Made by a program: the position numbers and the translations under genes. The notes below the pieces were generated by a model. It was not told the origin of the DNA. It saw only the letters and a program-made list of their open reading frames with translations, and did not search any database. Shown in pieces: positions 13,783-25,625 of a stretch of DNA of 64,000 nucleotides (position 1 is the first letter of the stretch; the number at the start of each line of letters is the position of its first letter). Source of the stretch: the human T2T-CHM13v2.0 reference genome, Homo sapiens; the NCBI GenBank assembly GCA_009914755.4, contig CP068257.2, forward strand, positions 23,072,001 through 23,136,000, in the 5' to 3' direction.

Positions 13783-14988
13783 TTTCATTTTTCTCTTCCA
13801 CTGTCACATCAACTTTGGAAAACAAATGTTCCACATGCCATTAAGGGGAGCCACTTGCCTATCTGAATATTTTATTATTGAGGGATACATTATTTTTCAG
13901 TGTTGGACCACTGAGGTTTTAAAATTCATTTTACACTAACACAGCCTAACATCATTATGACCATTATAAAATTGGGCAGCAAAATGTTGCTGTCTAATGA
14001 AAAAAATTCCCCGATACATGGAATTATCTTTGTTGTTCAGGGATGAGAAATAAGAAAAATTAAAATTATTTCCAATCCCATCTCCAGTCCAGCTTTTAGT
14101 AGGTGTGTTGTGGTACACAAGTGAGTTTACTACCTTAATTTATAAAACATGACTACCTACATTTACAAAACATGTATATATAGTACTGTACTGATTTCAA
14201 CAGCCATTTGAAAAGTCAATGAGACAATTCACATAGAGTTCTTGGTATAGTTTTGGATATATATAGTATTTTCTATAGATATTAGTTATTAGGATAACTT
14301 TTTGTCTATATGTGTACATGTAATAGATACACATACCTAATGTGTTTATGTACTTATTCTGTGAGTTTTTCATGTCCTATCATTTTATATTTCCCTCATC
14401 AACATATTCAAATTATAGATATTCCACCAACATAAAACTTTTACCCTACCCAATTTGATTTCCCCAAATGCCGAAGAAATCTTGCTTTTGCTCATCATTA
14501 CTGTTTGACCTGCTTCAGAAATTTATATATCATAGTATGCTACAAATTCAGTATTTATCTTCCATTTAGATCTCCTGCTAATAACATAAGCTAATTAAGG
14601 TAAAAATAACAAAAGTTTTTTTTTTTTTTTAATGCAGAGCTGCTAACAGAAATTTGAGCTCTAGTGAAAAATAGTTTTAGGTTACTAAATATAAACTTGT
14701 TACTTCAAATTTATAATAGAGTGTATGGCTATTGTTATTTAACTATAAAACATTAAGTAACATCTTCCTAGTGTGAAATTTGGATTTTATTATATCATGG
14801 CTTTATGCCACTTCAAACTGACTTCAATAATGGAAAAATATTTCTTGTTATTAAAATTCCATTTGTAAGAATTCTGATTAGTTGATTAAATAAAAAAATT
14901 AAGGGTATTTAATGATGTTAAGCATCTATGGACTAAATGTTGCTTTGTATATAATATGTAATATACATAAGGCAATGGAGCAGGGATT

Positions 14989-15033
14989 CACACACATACA
15001 CACACAGACACACACATACACACACACACACAC
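14989..15033. repeat. imperfect (CA)n microsatellite
   Basis: 'cacacacatacacacacagacacacacatacacacacacacacac'. Confidence 0.85.
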
Positions 15034-17009
15034 TTCATGTACATATAGCTAGACCACCGTTGGCCTGACTTGAGAACATTGCTAAAAATGCACAATTTTA
15101 TTTCCCATCCAGGCCAGGCCTGTTGAATCAGAATCTACACTTTAAACAGGATCTTCAGGTGACCCTTATTGAGAAGCATTGGTTCATCTTACATAGCATG
15201 ATGCATATTTATCCTTTGATAAACTCATCATGACAAATTCATACTTTTATAATGAAGTCATATTTCCCAGATGAAGTTGTGAGAAGAAAAACGTGTGTGG
15301 AATTTTTTAAACTAAGCATGTGGGGGAAAGCTTCTGAACATACTCATCTCCAAATCTCATATCGAATTATGGGCATTTAATTGTGTTCCAAGGATATTTC
15401 TTATGGCAATAAAATATTAATTAAATTGTAAAGATTAATTATTACAAATTTCTAAATACTGGTTTTAATTAGGAGTATAACCCTGAAAAAGCATATGTTA
15501 TTTTAGTTTATGTGTGAGAATAAAATCGATATAGAAGAGAAGACAAGGAAGACTTTCTTCATTTATAAGCAGAATACCTATTTACTAGTGCATTGGGGAA
15601 AAACTAGGCTAATATGTTTGTGATATTATGCTAACATATTGTGCATAATATGCTGTTTATTTGAGTATGCTTTCCCTATTAGTTGGATAAATCAGAGTTT
15701 TTTCTTCATTGCATAGGGAATGATTTCTATACAAAAATTTCTGTAAGAAAGTTGAAATAGCTGATTATGCAAGACAAGTAGGATTTTGCCTGAATATAAT
15801 TTTATTGGACTAAATAATATGTTCCATTTGCTGTTCAAGCTTTAAAAATACAAAATATTGGTTTGCAGAAGTGGAAAAGGGCCTTAGAAAGCAATAGGAG
15901 ATGATGAAAATCATTCTGTGTGCACTAAAGAAATTTGCTCTGATATGGACTATCCCTTCTGACACTCATTTGTATCCTAAAGGTGGTCTTAAAATTGGTT
16001 TGTAGATGAACACAAACATTTTTGGTAAAACTTATGAAATTGGAAAACGTTCTTTTAATATTACAAATCAGCATGCAAATTTAACTGTATTATTAGAGAT
16101 ACACTTCTATTAGAATTACTTAATTTAAAACAACCACAAATATAATTGCAACCATTGTGCTCTATCCAATAATGCAGTTTGTGACATAGTTAACTGTATT
16201 TCCCACTGTGTAAACTATACCAGGGAGACTAAGAAACACTTTTGGAAGTTGTGTTCCAAAAAGGCCAGTTGGATATTATTTAGGAAATTAGCTCTCATTG
16301 TATAAAAATGATACACTTGGGGCTTGGAAGGTCAACATAATTTTCAAAAATTAGAACTTGTCGACATTATGTCTCCAAAGTGGTCATATTACTTCAACTA
16401 TATATTATTAAGAATTTGAAAATAAGAATCTTATTAAGGATAAGAAAAGTAAATATGCTTGGATTCAATGACATCAATTGCTGTAAAGAAGATTGAACAT
16501 AACTAGTTATGTGAAGAAAATAAAATAAATGAAATACAACACTAATCTTTGCACAGAAATATATTTCTATGTACACTAGAAGTAAACTCATGAACTCATT
16601 CCAATTTGGCCATATATGTTTAATGGAGAAGTATAATCATTTATTATTTCATCAGCACCATCATGAGTCCTATTAGTAGTCCAATTCTATGCTTATTTTG
16701 TAGAGTCAGAAAATTTTTGAATATTCAAACTCTTAGAAAATTATATATTATTGCAACTGCTCTATACAGATATGCAATACATGTCTGGTTTATGAATATT
16801 TTAAACTTATAAAAGCTTTAATGCAGATTTTATCATCTATATTTGATAATGCAAGATAATTTGCTTAGAATGTTTAATGTTAGAACGTTCTGCTTAAGAG
16901 TCAGAAATTGTTTCTTTATATCTATTCATGCCCCTTTTTAAAGTGACCTTATTATTTTACCCATAGTGATGACGAGTTTTATGTGTTAACTTGTCTGGGT
17001 CACAGGCTG

Positions 17010-17230
17010 CTCAGACATTTATTCAAACATTATTCTGGTTGTGTCTGTGAAGGTGTTTCTGGATGGGATTAACATTTGAACAGTTGACTGAGTAAAGCAG
17101 ATAGTTTTTCTAAATGTGAGTGGGCCTTACTGGTGGTTCTTTTTCTCTGAAGAATTCTGTCTAATACGCCCCTGTAGAAGTGAACTTTATTGACACCTTG
17201 AATCTGCATTTGATCACGGACTTACTTTGG
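17010..17230 (+). mobile_element. fragment of an ancient interspersed repeat (family not identified)
   Basis: Motifs 'gtgtttctggatgggattaacatttgaacagttgactgagtaaagcagat' and 'ttctctgaagaattctgtctaatacgcccctgtagaag' resemble a common old mammalian repeat that I cannot name with confidence. Confidence 0.3.
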
Positions 17231-17654
17231 GCAATGGTACAATAGTAAATATAACACAATAAATATCTGAAAAGACTTGCACATCAGTGCTGACTCATTA
17301 CCACTGGGAGCCCTCAATTATTATTTGAAGATGCCCAAGTTAGTCTGTTGGAAGATGAGACAATGTGGAACAAAGAAGAGCCATTGATGAAGACTTGGAT
17401 AACCTGTTGGAATGTTAGGCAATATAGATCAGAAAACATTCATCCTGACTAAGTTCCCCTAAACTAACCAGGCTGCCACCTGTCAGAAATAATTGAGGCC
17501 AACATTGTTCATCCAGTCATTGATCAACCAGTGGCAGCCATCCTGCCAGGTAATATAATTCTAACCATTATTGGTTAAATTTAAATGATTGATTTTTTTA
17601 CTTTATAGAACATTGTTTATATAAACCAACATACATAACTGTATATATTTTATA

Positions 17655-17830
17655 CAGAATAGCAGACAACATGTGCTCCATGTTCACATTGGTTTCTGAC
17701 TATATAAAAGCTCTGGCCACATAAAAGTTGCATACAAGTCTTATCTTGAAAATTTTGATATACCTTATAATTTTTTAATATCCATATATAGTAAAGTATA
17801 ACATTTACTTGATTAAAGCAATGAAACAAC
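17655..17830 (+). repeat. copy A of a locally triplicated ~150-bp segment
   Basis: 'gtgctccatgttcacattggtttctgactatataaaagctctggccacataaaagttgcatacaagtcttatcttgaaaattttgatataccttataattttttaatatccata'. Confidence 0.8.
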
Positions 17831-17944
17831 ACCTTTCTGCAACTGTATTTATTTACCTACAAATAATCCTATAAAATTAAAAAAAATTCCACTTAAATGC
17901 ACAATATACAAATTCATTAACACTGTCAAAAATAAGATCAATAT

Positions 17945-18095
17945 CCTTTCTGACTATAAGGCCATATAAAAGTTATATACAGGTCTTATATTGAATATTT
18001 TGGTATACTTTATAATTTTTTAGTATCCATAAGAAAAACATATTGATAGAAATAACAATAGACTTTTATTTTACTAATATTTTTTAAAAAATAAA
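17945..18095 (+). repeat. copy B of the locally triplicated segment
   Basis: 'cctttctgactataaggccatataaaagttatatacaggtcttatattgaatattttggtatactttataattttttagtatccataagaaaaacatattgatagaaataacaatagacttttattttactaa'. Confidence 0.8.
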
Positions 18096-18444
18096 TTGCA
18101 ATTTGATAGTTACTAGATATATTGGGTTTTAATAACTAAATATCTTAATTTATAAATTGATGTTGCTTAATATTTTAAGATTATAATGTAATAATATAAC
18201 ACAATAAATATACATTTTGTATGTTGCTATTTGAGTACATTTCATGTTGTTGTGGTGTTGTTGGCAAGACTCTGAACTAATTAATGCTTTAATTTAAATC
18301 TCAGTCACTCTCTTTTTGTAATTGCCTTTGAGGGATTTCAGTTTCTTTTTTCTGCACATTTTTTCTACACAGATTCATCGATGCTGGAAGAGCACATGAA
18401 ACACCTGGGTCAGAGACAAATGGTTTTTTTCCTCAAAGTAGAGC

Positions 18445-18615
18445 AGAAAACACGAGCTCCATGTTCACAGTGGTTTCTGACTATACGGCCAAATAAAAGT
18501 TGCATACAGGTCTTGTCTTTAATATTTTGATAGACCTTATAATTTTTTAGTATGCATAATGAAAATATATTGGGAGAAATAACAATAGACTTTTATTTTA
18601 CTAAGTTATTTCTGG
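18445..18615 (+). repeat. copy C of the locally triplicated segment
   Basis: 'gagctccatgttcacagtggtttctgactatacggccaaataaaagttgcatacaggtcttgtctttaatattttgatagaccttataattttttagtatgcataatgaaaatatattgggagaaataacaatagacttttattttactaa'. Copy C shares its head with copy A and its tail with copy B. Confidence 0.8.
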
Positions 18616-21069
18616 GACCTCCAAGACTAAGGGGGCCGTGAGAAATGTCCCAGTGAATGCTGTACACAGTGGGTTTGGTCACACCTGAGGGACCCAGAGC
18701 AAAGAAAACCCCCCAGATTTTAAAGGGGCTACTAGAAGTTCTGTTCAAGCTTTGTTCCACGTAGAGATAATATTTTCACTTTCCTGATCAGGAAACAAAT
18801 CTTCCCTCTGCAGCAGGAGGGTGCTGCCTCTGTTCAAAGACTGCTAATCAAAGATTCAGGACAGGTCTCTGGATGGCCTTGGACAACTCAGTTCCCCTCC
18901 CTTTCTCATTTGTAATTCTCAAGAATAACTGAAATGTGCTGGGAATGCAACATCTTGAGATAGGGGAAGACTGGCTAGAATAGATCAGGCTCCATTCCAG
19001 TCCCCTCTAGAACAAAAGATCCTTCAGTGTTATACACAGCATGTCATTTTGCCCCCAGAATACAAAACTCAGAGCTACTTGCTTTCCAAGGTCCCTCAGC
19101 TGCAGTGCAAGTGAGGCACACATAGACAAGAACAGATTAGACTTCATTTGTCCCAGACAGCTTCCTTGAGCCTTGTGGGATGGATCACAGTGAATCCCAG
19201 ATTCTCGTTGTTCCTATGAGTGATGAACCTGCCGCATGTAGCTTGTTACCTCTATGTATGTTCTGTCTCATCAAATCCAAACAAGTCGGTAATCAGTGCA
19301 TGGTGAACCTTCTTCAAAAAGATCCTCGGATATAGAATTCAGAAGAAAATTTGGTAATGTATTTTCATAAGACATGCAGAAATACAAGTGATCCATGGAG
19401 AACCGTCTTCCAGTGTGAAATGTCTCCCACATCTTGGGTCCCTGAATGGCTGACTACATAGAACAGAATAGTCATTAAGTCATAACTACTACCAGATATA
19501 AAACCTGATGAAGAAACAAAACTTTTTGGCAATATCGTCTAGTCTAAGCTAACTAATATTGACTTTAAGAAGTGGGAATTATTCATAACAATATGGGATA
19601 ATATTTATATTGAAGATAATTTTCTTTTACACATTGGATTTGCCACAGAAGTAAGAGGGAGGCTGATGGATGTGAGAAATGAATCCAACATTCTGCAAGA
19701 AACCCACATGGAGAAAGAGACAGTTTGGTCTTACTATGGGCCGATGCCAGCAACCTAGTATAGAAGATGTAAGTATATCAAGATATGGGCTAAGGTAATA
19801 TTTTTAGCTGTATTTTCTCTCTTCTCCCACTTTTTTGGGGTTAATCACAGCCTTCAATGTTAAATAAGCAAGCACACAGTAAAGAACAAATAAAATCTTG
19901 CTTCTGCTCACAATCTAATTGTATATACTAAGTATGAAACAATACAATCCTAAAATTATTTATGTAATGTTATTTATTTTGAATATAGTTGGATATGCAA
20001 ATTTAGAGTCATTCCATTTCTATCATTGCAAAATTCTATATTGGAATATAAGTAGAAATCATTGAAAACATGGATCTATCAGTCTAATACATGGATTTCT
20101 CTTTCAAATCTATCTAAGATCAAGACTGAGAGGCTAAGGCCCAGCTTGAAGAGATTTAACAAAGTATGTACACACCACAAGTGACATGATGTAGAGAGAA
20201 GATCATCAGTAGTTTCCAATTAAGAAATCTCAAAGGGTTTCAGCCAACTAGTAACCTCTATGTGACCTGGTGGATCTACTTACTGCTTTCTGCTGAATTC
20301 AACGCAATCTCCATAATCAGTGTCTTGAAATCAGAATCAAGGCTACTGTGAGAAAATTGGTAAATATTTATCTACTGGTGGAAAATCAAAAAGAAAATAA
20401 TCCCCAACTCATATTTATTTTGATTTTGTATTATGCATCAGATTTACACAGCAACTAGAAACTGGGTATATGGCAAGAAATTAGGAAACTGCCACACACA
20501 CACTCAGGAGAATTTTGTTTTTAGCACATAGGAATAAAATTAGAAAACATCTTTTTTAATTGGAGGGCTTGGTGGTTCTAGAATATTTATATACTCTGCA
20601 GCTGCAATATGGCTCATAATTCAAATTCTGTATAAAATTCCCAAGTCTCAATGAGGACTCTAGAAATTCATATAAGAAAGAGAAATATGTTCCAGGGCAA
20701 CATAAATTTTTTCATTTTTTATTTAGTTCTGAAGTTATATCTAAAATACACAACACACAAAGTGTTTAGCCAAACATAACTAGAAAGACTGGATATGAAA
20801 AGGAGAGTCCTGCCTTCTCCAGACAGGTTTCTCAGGAAGCTCCATATTTAACTTGCCTTCTGGCATAAGCAAAGAAATTGTTAGACACTAAGATCTTGAA
20901 CTATTTAATTCAGGTGTATTTTTATATTAAAAAAACAAGAAGGAAAATCTCTTTAAGTAGATAGTGAAAATTTATCTTGAAAATTACATTTTCATATGGA
21001 AGGAGAAACAAATGAATATGTGAAAATGTAATTCACAGCCTGAAGATCAAGAAGAGTTAACCATTCTTT

Positions 21070-21340
21070 CTTTTTTTTAAAGACATGGATCTTGTTTTGC
21101 TGCTCAAAGCTGGGGTGCAGTGATGTGATCATAGCTCAGCCACTGCAGCCTTCAACTCCTGGGCTCAAGGGATACTCTCACCTTAGCTTCCAGAGTGGCT
21201 GGGACTATAGGCATGAACCATCATGCCCAGCTAAGTTTTACTTTTTGTGGAATTGGGGTCTTGCTCTGTTACCCAGGCTTGTCTCAAACTCCTAGGCACA
21301 CGCAATCCTCTCACCTTGGCCTCCTAAAACACTAGAAGAA
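21070..21340 (-). mobile_element. Alu SINE (antisense), poly-T at its left end, 3'-side truncated
   Basis: 'ttttttttaaagacatggatcttgttttgctgctcaaagctggggtgcagtgatgtgatcatagctcagccactgcagcc...ggctgggactataggcatgaaccatcatgcccagctaa...ctcaccttggcctcctaaaa'. The 67-aa ORF here is Alu-derived. Confidence 0.9.
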
Positions 21341-21392
21341 GAGTTCTTCATTCTAAAATTCTATGGAAGGATTCTCTATTAGAAACAGAAGC

Positions 21393-22020
21393 ACCAACTT
21401 CCATAATGGTTGAACTAGTTTACAGTCCCACCAACAGTGTAAAACTGTTCCTATTTCTCCACATCCTCTCCAGCACCTGTTGTTTCCTGACTTTTTAATG
21501 ATCGCCATTCTAACTGGTGTGAGATGGTATCTCATTGTGATTTTGATTTGCATTTCTCTGATGGCCAGTGATGATGAGCATTTTTTCATGTATTTTTTGG
21601 CTGCATAAATGTCTTCTTTTGAGAAGTGTCTGTTCATATCCTTCGCCCACTTTTTGATGGGGTTGTTTGTTTTTTTCTTGTAAATTTGTTTGAGTTCATT
21701 GCAGATTCTGGATATTAGCCCTTTGTCAGATGAGTAGGTTGCAAAAATTTTCTCCCATTCTGCAGGTTGCCTGTTCACTCTGGTGGTGGTTTCTTTTGCT
21801 GTGCAGAAGCTCTTTAGTTTAATTAGATCCCATTTGTCAATTTTGGCTTTTGTTGCCATAGCTTTTGGTGTTTTAGACATGAAGTCCTTCCCCATGCCTA
21901 TGTCCTGAATGGTATTGCCTAGGTTTTCTTCTAGGGTTTTTATGGTTTTAGGTCTAACATGTAAGTCTTTAACCCATCTTGAATTAATTTTTGTATAAAG
22001 TGTAAGGAAGGGATCCAGTT
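21393..22020 (-). mobile_element. inverted 5' segment of a young twin-primed L1 (L1PA-like); ORF2 C-terminal region, antisense
   Basis: The 180-aa ORF at 21353-21895(-) reads '[164 protein letters not shown]', which is L1 ORF2p. Identity to the L1 consensus stops after '...ccattatggaag' (LWK) at ~21393. Confidence 0.9.
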
Positions 22021-22603
22021 GTGGTGATTCCTCAGGGATCTAGAACTAGAAATACCATTTGACCCAGCCATCCCATTACTGGGTATATACCCAAACGATT
22101 ATAAATCATGCTGCTACAAAGACACATGCACATGTATGTTTATTGCAGCACTATTCACAATAGCAAAGACTTGGAACCAACCCAAATGTCCAAAAATGAT
22201 AGACTGGATTAAGAAAATGTGGCACATATACACCATGGAATACTATGCAGCCATAAAAAATGATGAGTTCATGTCCTTTGTAGGGACATGGATGAAGCTG
22301 GAAACCATCATTCTCAGCAAACTATCGCAAGGACAAAAAAACCAAACACCTCATGTTCTCACTCATAGGTGGGAATTAAACAATGAGAACACATGGACAC
22401 AGGAAGGGGAACATCACACACCGGGGACTGTTGTGGGGTGGGGGGGAGGGGGGAGGGATAGCATTAGGAGAAATATCTAATGCTAAATGACGAATTAATG
22501 GGTGCAGCACACCAACATGGCACATGTATACATATGTAACAAACCTGCACATTGTGTACATGTACCCTAAAACTTAAGGTATAATAATAATTTAAAAAAA
22601 AAG
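22021..22603 (+). mobile_element. direct 3' segment of the same L1 (end of ORF2, 3'UTR and poly-A)
   Basis: Begins 'gtggtgattcctcagggatctagaactagaaataccatttgacccagccatcccattactgggtatatacccaaa', which is the L1 sequence immediately 3' of the inverted segment's end. Continues '...FTIAKTWNQPKCPKMIDWIKKMWHIYTMEYYAAIKNDEFMSFVGTWMKLETIILSKLSQGQK' and ends '...catatgtaacaaacctgcacattgtgtacatgtaccctaaaacttaaggtataataataatttaaaaaaaaa'. TSD: 'agaaacagaagca' at 21376-21388 and 'aaaaaacagaagca' at 22612-22625. Confidence 0.9.
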
Positions 22604-22723
22604 AAAAGAAGAAAAAACAGAAGCAGTTTTAAGGCCTGAGGAATAAATACAAAGACAGTGTAAGAAAGAAGCTGAAGTTTCCCATGGCTTAGGGGAATTA
22701 AATGCATTGTGTTAGGGGGCTAC

Positions 22724-23098
22724 ATGTTTATGCTTACTCCACCCCAAATTCATTTATTTAAATCTTAACTCCTGCTCTGATGGTAGTAGGCAGTGGGATC
22801 TTTCAGAGGTGATTAGGTCTTGAGGGCGGAGCACTCATAATGGGATTAGCATTCTTGTATTAGTACTCTTATAAGACACATAACAGCTTGCTTCCACTCT
22901 GCTCTCTGCTTTGTGAAAATACAGCAAGAAGATAGCCATCTATAAACCGGGAAGCAAACCCTTACCAGACACTGCATCTGCCAGCACTTTGATCTTGGAC
23001 TTCTAGGCCTCTAGAACTATAAGAAATAAATATTTGTTGTTTAAGCCATCCAGCCAATAATAATTTATTATAGTAGCCTGAACTGACTAGGACACGTT
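22724..23098 (+). mobile_element. MLT1-type MaLR LTR-like repeat
   Basis: 'ccaccccaaattcatttatttaaatcttaactcc...gatggtagtaggcagtgggatctttcagaggtgattaggtcttgagggcggagcactcataatgggattagcattcttgtattag...ttgatcttggacttctaggcctctagaactataagaaataaatatttgttgtttaagccatccagccaataataatttattatagtagcctgaactgactaggacac'. Confidence 0.6.
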
Positions 23099-23691
23099 GT
23101 AATAGAATGGAATGAAAAAGATAAAAGGAGATTTATATGTTTTCCTAGCTAGATTAAAGAAGTGTCCATGAAACAGTACGATATAAAGAACTGATACCAG
23201 GATGTGAGCTCTTGGAGGACAGAGGGGTTTGTTAAGTTTTGTTTGCTGCTATAAACAGGCATTTATAGTGGCATCTTGCCAATAACGCCTATTGATGAGT
23301 ATCTGCTTGAGATTTGAATGCACAAATTAAATTGAAACGGAAAAAAAAAAGAATAACCACAAAAGATAAAAATACAAGTTTTAGTTGTAGCAGGAATTAA
23401 TGTGAAGGTCTCGTATATTTGAAAGAAGCCTTTCAAAAAATGTACAATGAGTCTGAGGAGACCTTAGGGGTGGTAGTCTTTGAGAGATATTATTAGCAAC
23501 AGGATAGGATGAGCCAAATAACACTACTATTTTCTCATCGTCCAACAGAGTCCCTTGCATGTGTTGCTTTGCAGGGTGCCTTGTATATGAGCCCTCATTT
23601 AGTATTTTCTAAAAGACAAAATAACTTTTTAAAGGACCGTGTCTAAGGTATTGTTTTTATTACTTGTTGCTACAAGATATAGCACATACTC

Positions 23692-23798
23692 GGAGCCATT
23701 GTGGCTCTGGCCGGTTGTGCTGGCCCTCGGGGAGGCGAGGGTACGAGTTCGAGGCCAACCTGGTCCACATTGATTGAAAAAAAAAATAAAAAAAAAAA
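23692..23798 (+). pseudogene. retroposed copy of a snaR/ASR/CAS-family small RNA (Alu-left-monomer-derived, Pol III); ~86 nt body plus A-tail; perfect 18-bp TSD
   Basis: Insert 'ggagccattgtggctctggccggttgtgctggccctcggggaggcgagggtacgagttcgaggccaacctggtccacattgattg' plus 'aaaaaaaaaataaaaaaaaaaaa'. It is flanked by 'aagatatagcacatactc' at 23674-23691 and again at 23798-23815. My recollection is that snaR-A begins 'CCGGAGCCATTGTGGCTCAGGCCGGTTG...' and contains '...CACGAGTTCGAGGCCAGCCTGGTCCACAT...'. Confidence 0.5.
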
Positions 23799-24987
23799 AG
23801 ATATAGCACATACTCATCACTGTTTCACAAGAACCAGGTAGCACATGCATATAGCATAATTCCAGAAAAAGTTTCATTTTCATGCTATTTACAAAAATTT
23901 TAGCAGAGTATAGGAAAAACCACAAGGAATAATGCATCAATCCAGAGTTAGAAGGATCAAAGTGTCATCTCTCGTATGTCCTAAATAGAAGGAGGGGAGT
24001 GAGCATTACCTAGACCCAGAGGAAAGTCTTGTAGAACAGGCCACCTAAAGGGAAGCACTAATCTTAGTTGAAGGACACCACGGGCCCCAGATGAAAAAAC
24101 AAGGGAAATACATATTCCAGCTTCCGTCCCCCTCCGGACCATTGGGCAAACACAACTGGAATCCAGAGGGCAATCAATCATTCTAATCTTGCCTGTGAAG
24201 AATTTCCCCTCACATTGGGAAGAATTCTGCTCATGTTTAATATTCAGCCTCACGTTCGGAAGGGTGAAACATAGCTTTAGGAGCCAAGTGGACGGTAAGG
24301 AAGCATATAGCCCCACACTCCAGAGTGAAGGATTGGTAATTACATGCACCATTCTTTTTTCTAAAGTGTTTGATTACGTATTTACCTTAATAAATTGCTT
24401 ATTGGCATTCTATAGAAGAGACTCATTCGTGTTTTGATTATTTTAAAAACAATTTGCTTTTCCATAAATCCGGATCCTCTAAATTTAGATCTCTTTAGCA
24501 TAGGCTGGTGATTGAGTCAGACTATTCACAATGAACAGAACATTACATCACATACTTTAAAAGTTAAAAAATTCAACTGACACACAAGAAAATTCAAAAC
24601 CTACTTCGTTCTGCCCTGAGAACTTCCCTATCTTTTTGTTCTTTTCTGCCTCTACACAAAGAATCTAGGAAAAAAGAACACTAGGTGCTTAAAATGCACT
24701 GCCAAGTTTTATATCTTGAAAAGGGTAATTTCTTTTCCTGTAATAGGCCATTATAAATTCATATTTATGAAGTAGTTAGAAAATAATTCAATTAATATGT
24801 ATTATAGCCATTGGCCATTCATCTGTTCCATTCTAGTCATTCATTTTTATGATCACAGAGTCATAGGGGTTCTATGTGCAATTTGAAATTGCTCTAAAAT
24901 GTAAAGAATAAAGATTGCTTGTTATTTTAAAGTATCTGAATGATGATTGATAGATACATTTCCTCTGGGAACCTTATCATTTCAGAC

Positions 24988-25292
24988 TTCAGAAGCTGGA
25001 AACCATCATTCTCAGCAAACTATCACAAGGACAAAAAACCAAACACCACATGTTCTCACTCATAGGTGGGAATTGAACAATGAGAACACATGGACACAGC
25101 AGGGGAACATCACACACCGGGGCCTGTTGTGGGGTGGGGGGAGGGGGGAGGGATAGCATTAGGAGATATACCTAATGTCAATGACGAGTTAATGGGTGCA
25201 GCACACCAACATGGCACATGTATTCATATGTAACAAACCTGCACGTTGTGCACATGTACCCTAGAACTTAAAGTATAATTAAAAAGAAAGAA
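24988..25292 (+). mobile_element. L1 3'-terminal fragment (~300 bp, severely 5' truncated)
   Basis: 'gaagctggaaaccatcattctcagcaaactatcacaaggacaaaaaaccaaacaccacatgttctcactcataggtgggaattgaacaatgagaacacatggacacagcaggggaacatcacacaccggggcctgttgtggggtgggggg...gggtgcagcacaccaacatggcacatgtattcatatgtaacaaacctgcacgttgtgcacatgtaccctagaacttaaagtataat'. Confidence 0.9.
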
Positions 25293-25625
25293 ATTCATTA
25301 ATTGTAAACTCTTAAGAATTTCCACTTCTGTAAGTAATTAAATGTAGATCAAACACTGTAAAAATGTCAACTAGGACAGAATTTAAAAGTCATCTACTTC
25401 TATCATCATTGCTTTATCTGAGAATGATTAAGCTGAGAGCCACGGAGACCAATATCATGCAGTTAGCTATGTAGAAGCTATATCAGGATAATGCTGGACT
25501 TCTAAATTTGGACCTGGGCCTTATTCACTATCCTAGTGGTTTTCAAAATGACTAGAGAATTTCTTGAGAATTTGGGATCTCCTAGTAGGGAGTTTATTAA
25601 AAACAAAATAAAAAGCATAGAGACG

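Noticed and set aside
17655-18615. Spaced direct repeats considered as a CRISPR-like array
   Set aside because: The sequence is unambiguously primate (Alu, L1). The repeat units are ~150 bp with irregular 115/350-bp spacers and 80-85% identity. This is a eukaryotic local duplication, not a CRISPR array.
21353-21895. 180-aa ORF (minus strand), the longest in the window; considered as a possible gene
   Set aside because: It is a recognisable L1 ORF2p fragment ('...[79 protein letters not shown]'). It is part of the inverted segment of a twin-primed L1, not a host gene.
23981-24352. 123-aa ORF in unique, slightly GC/CpG-richer sequence
   Set aside because: It has no recognisable domain or motif and no splice or Kozak context I can support. 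The length is within chance expectation for 64 kb in six frames. The local CpG retention (about 7 CpGs per 450 bp) is noted, but it is not evidence for coding.
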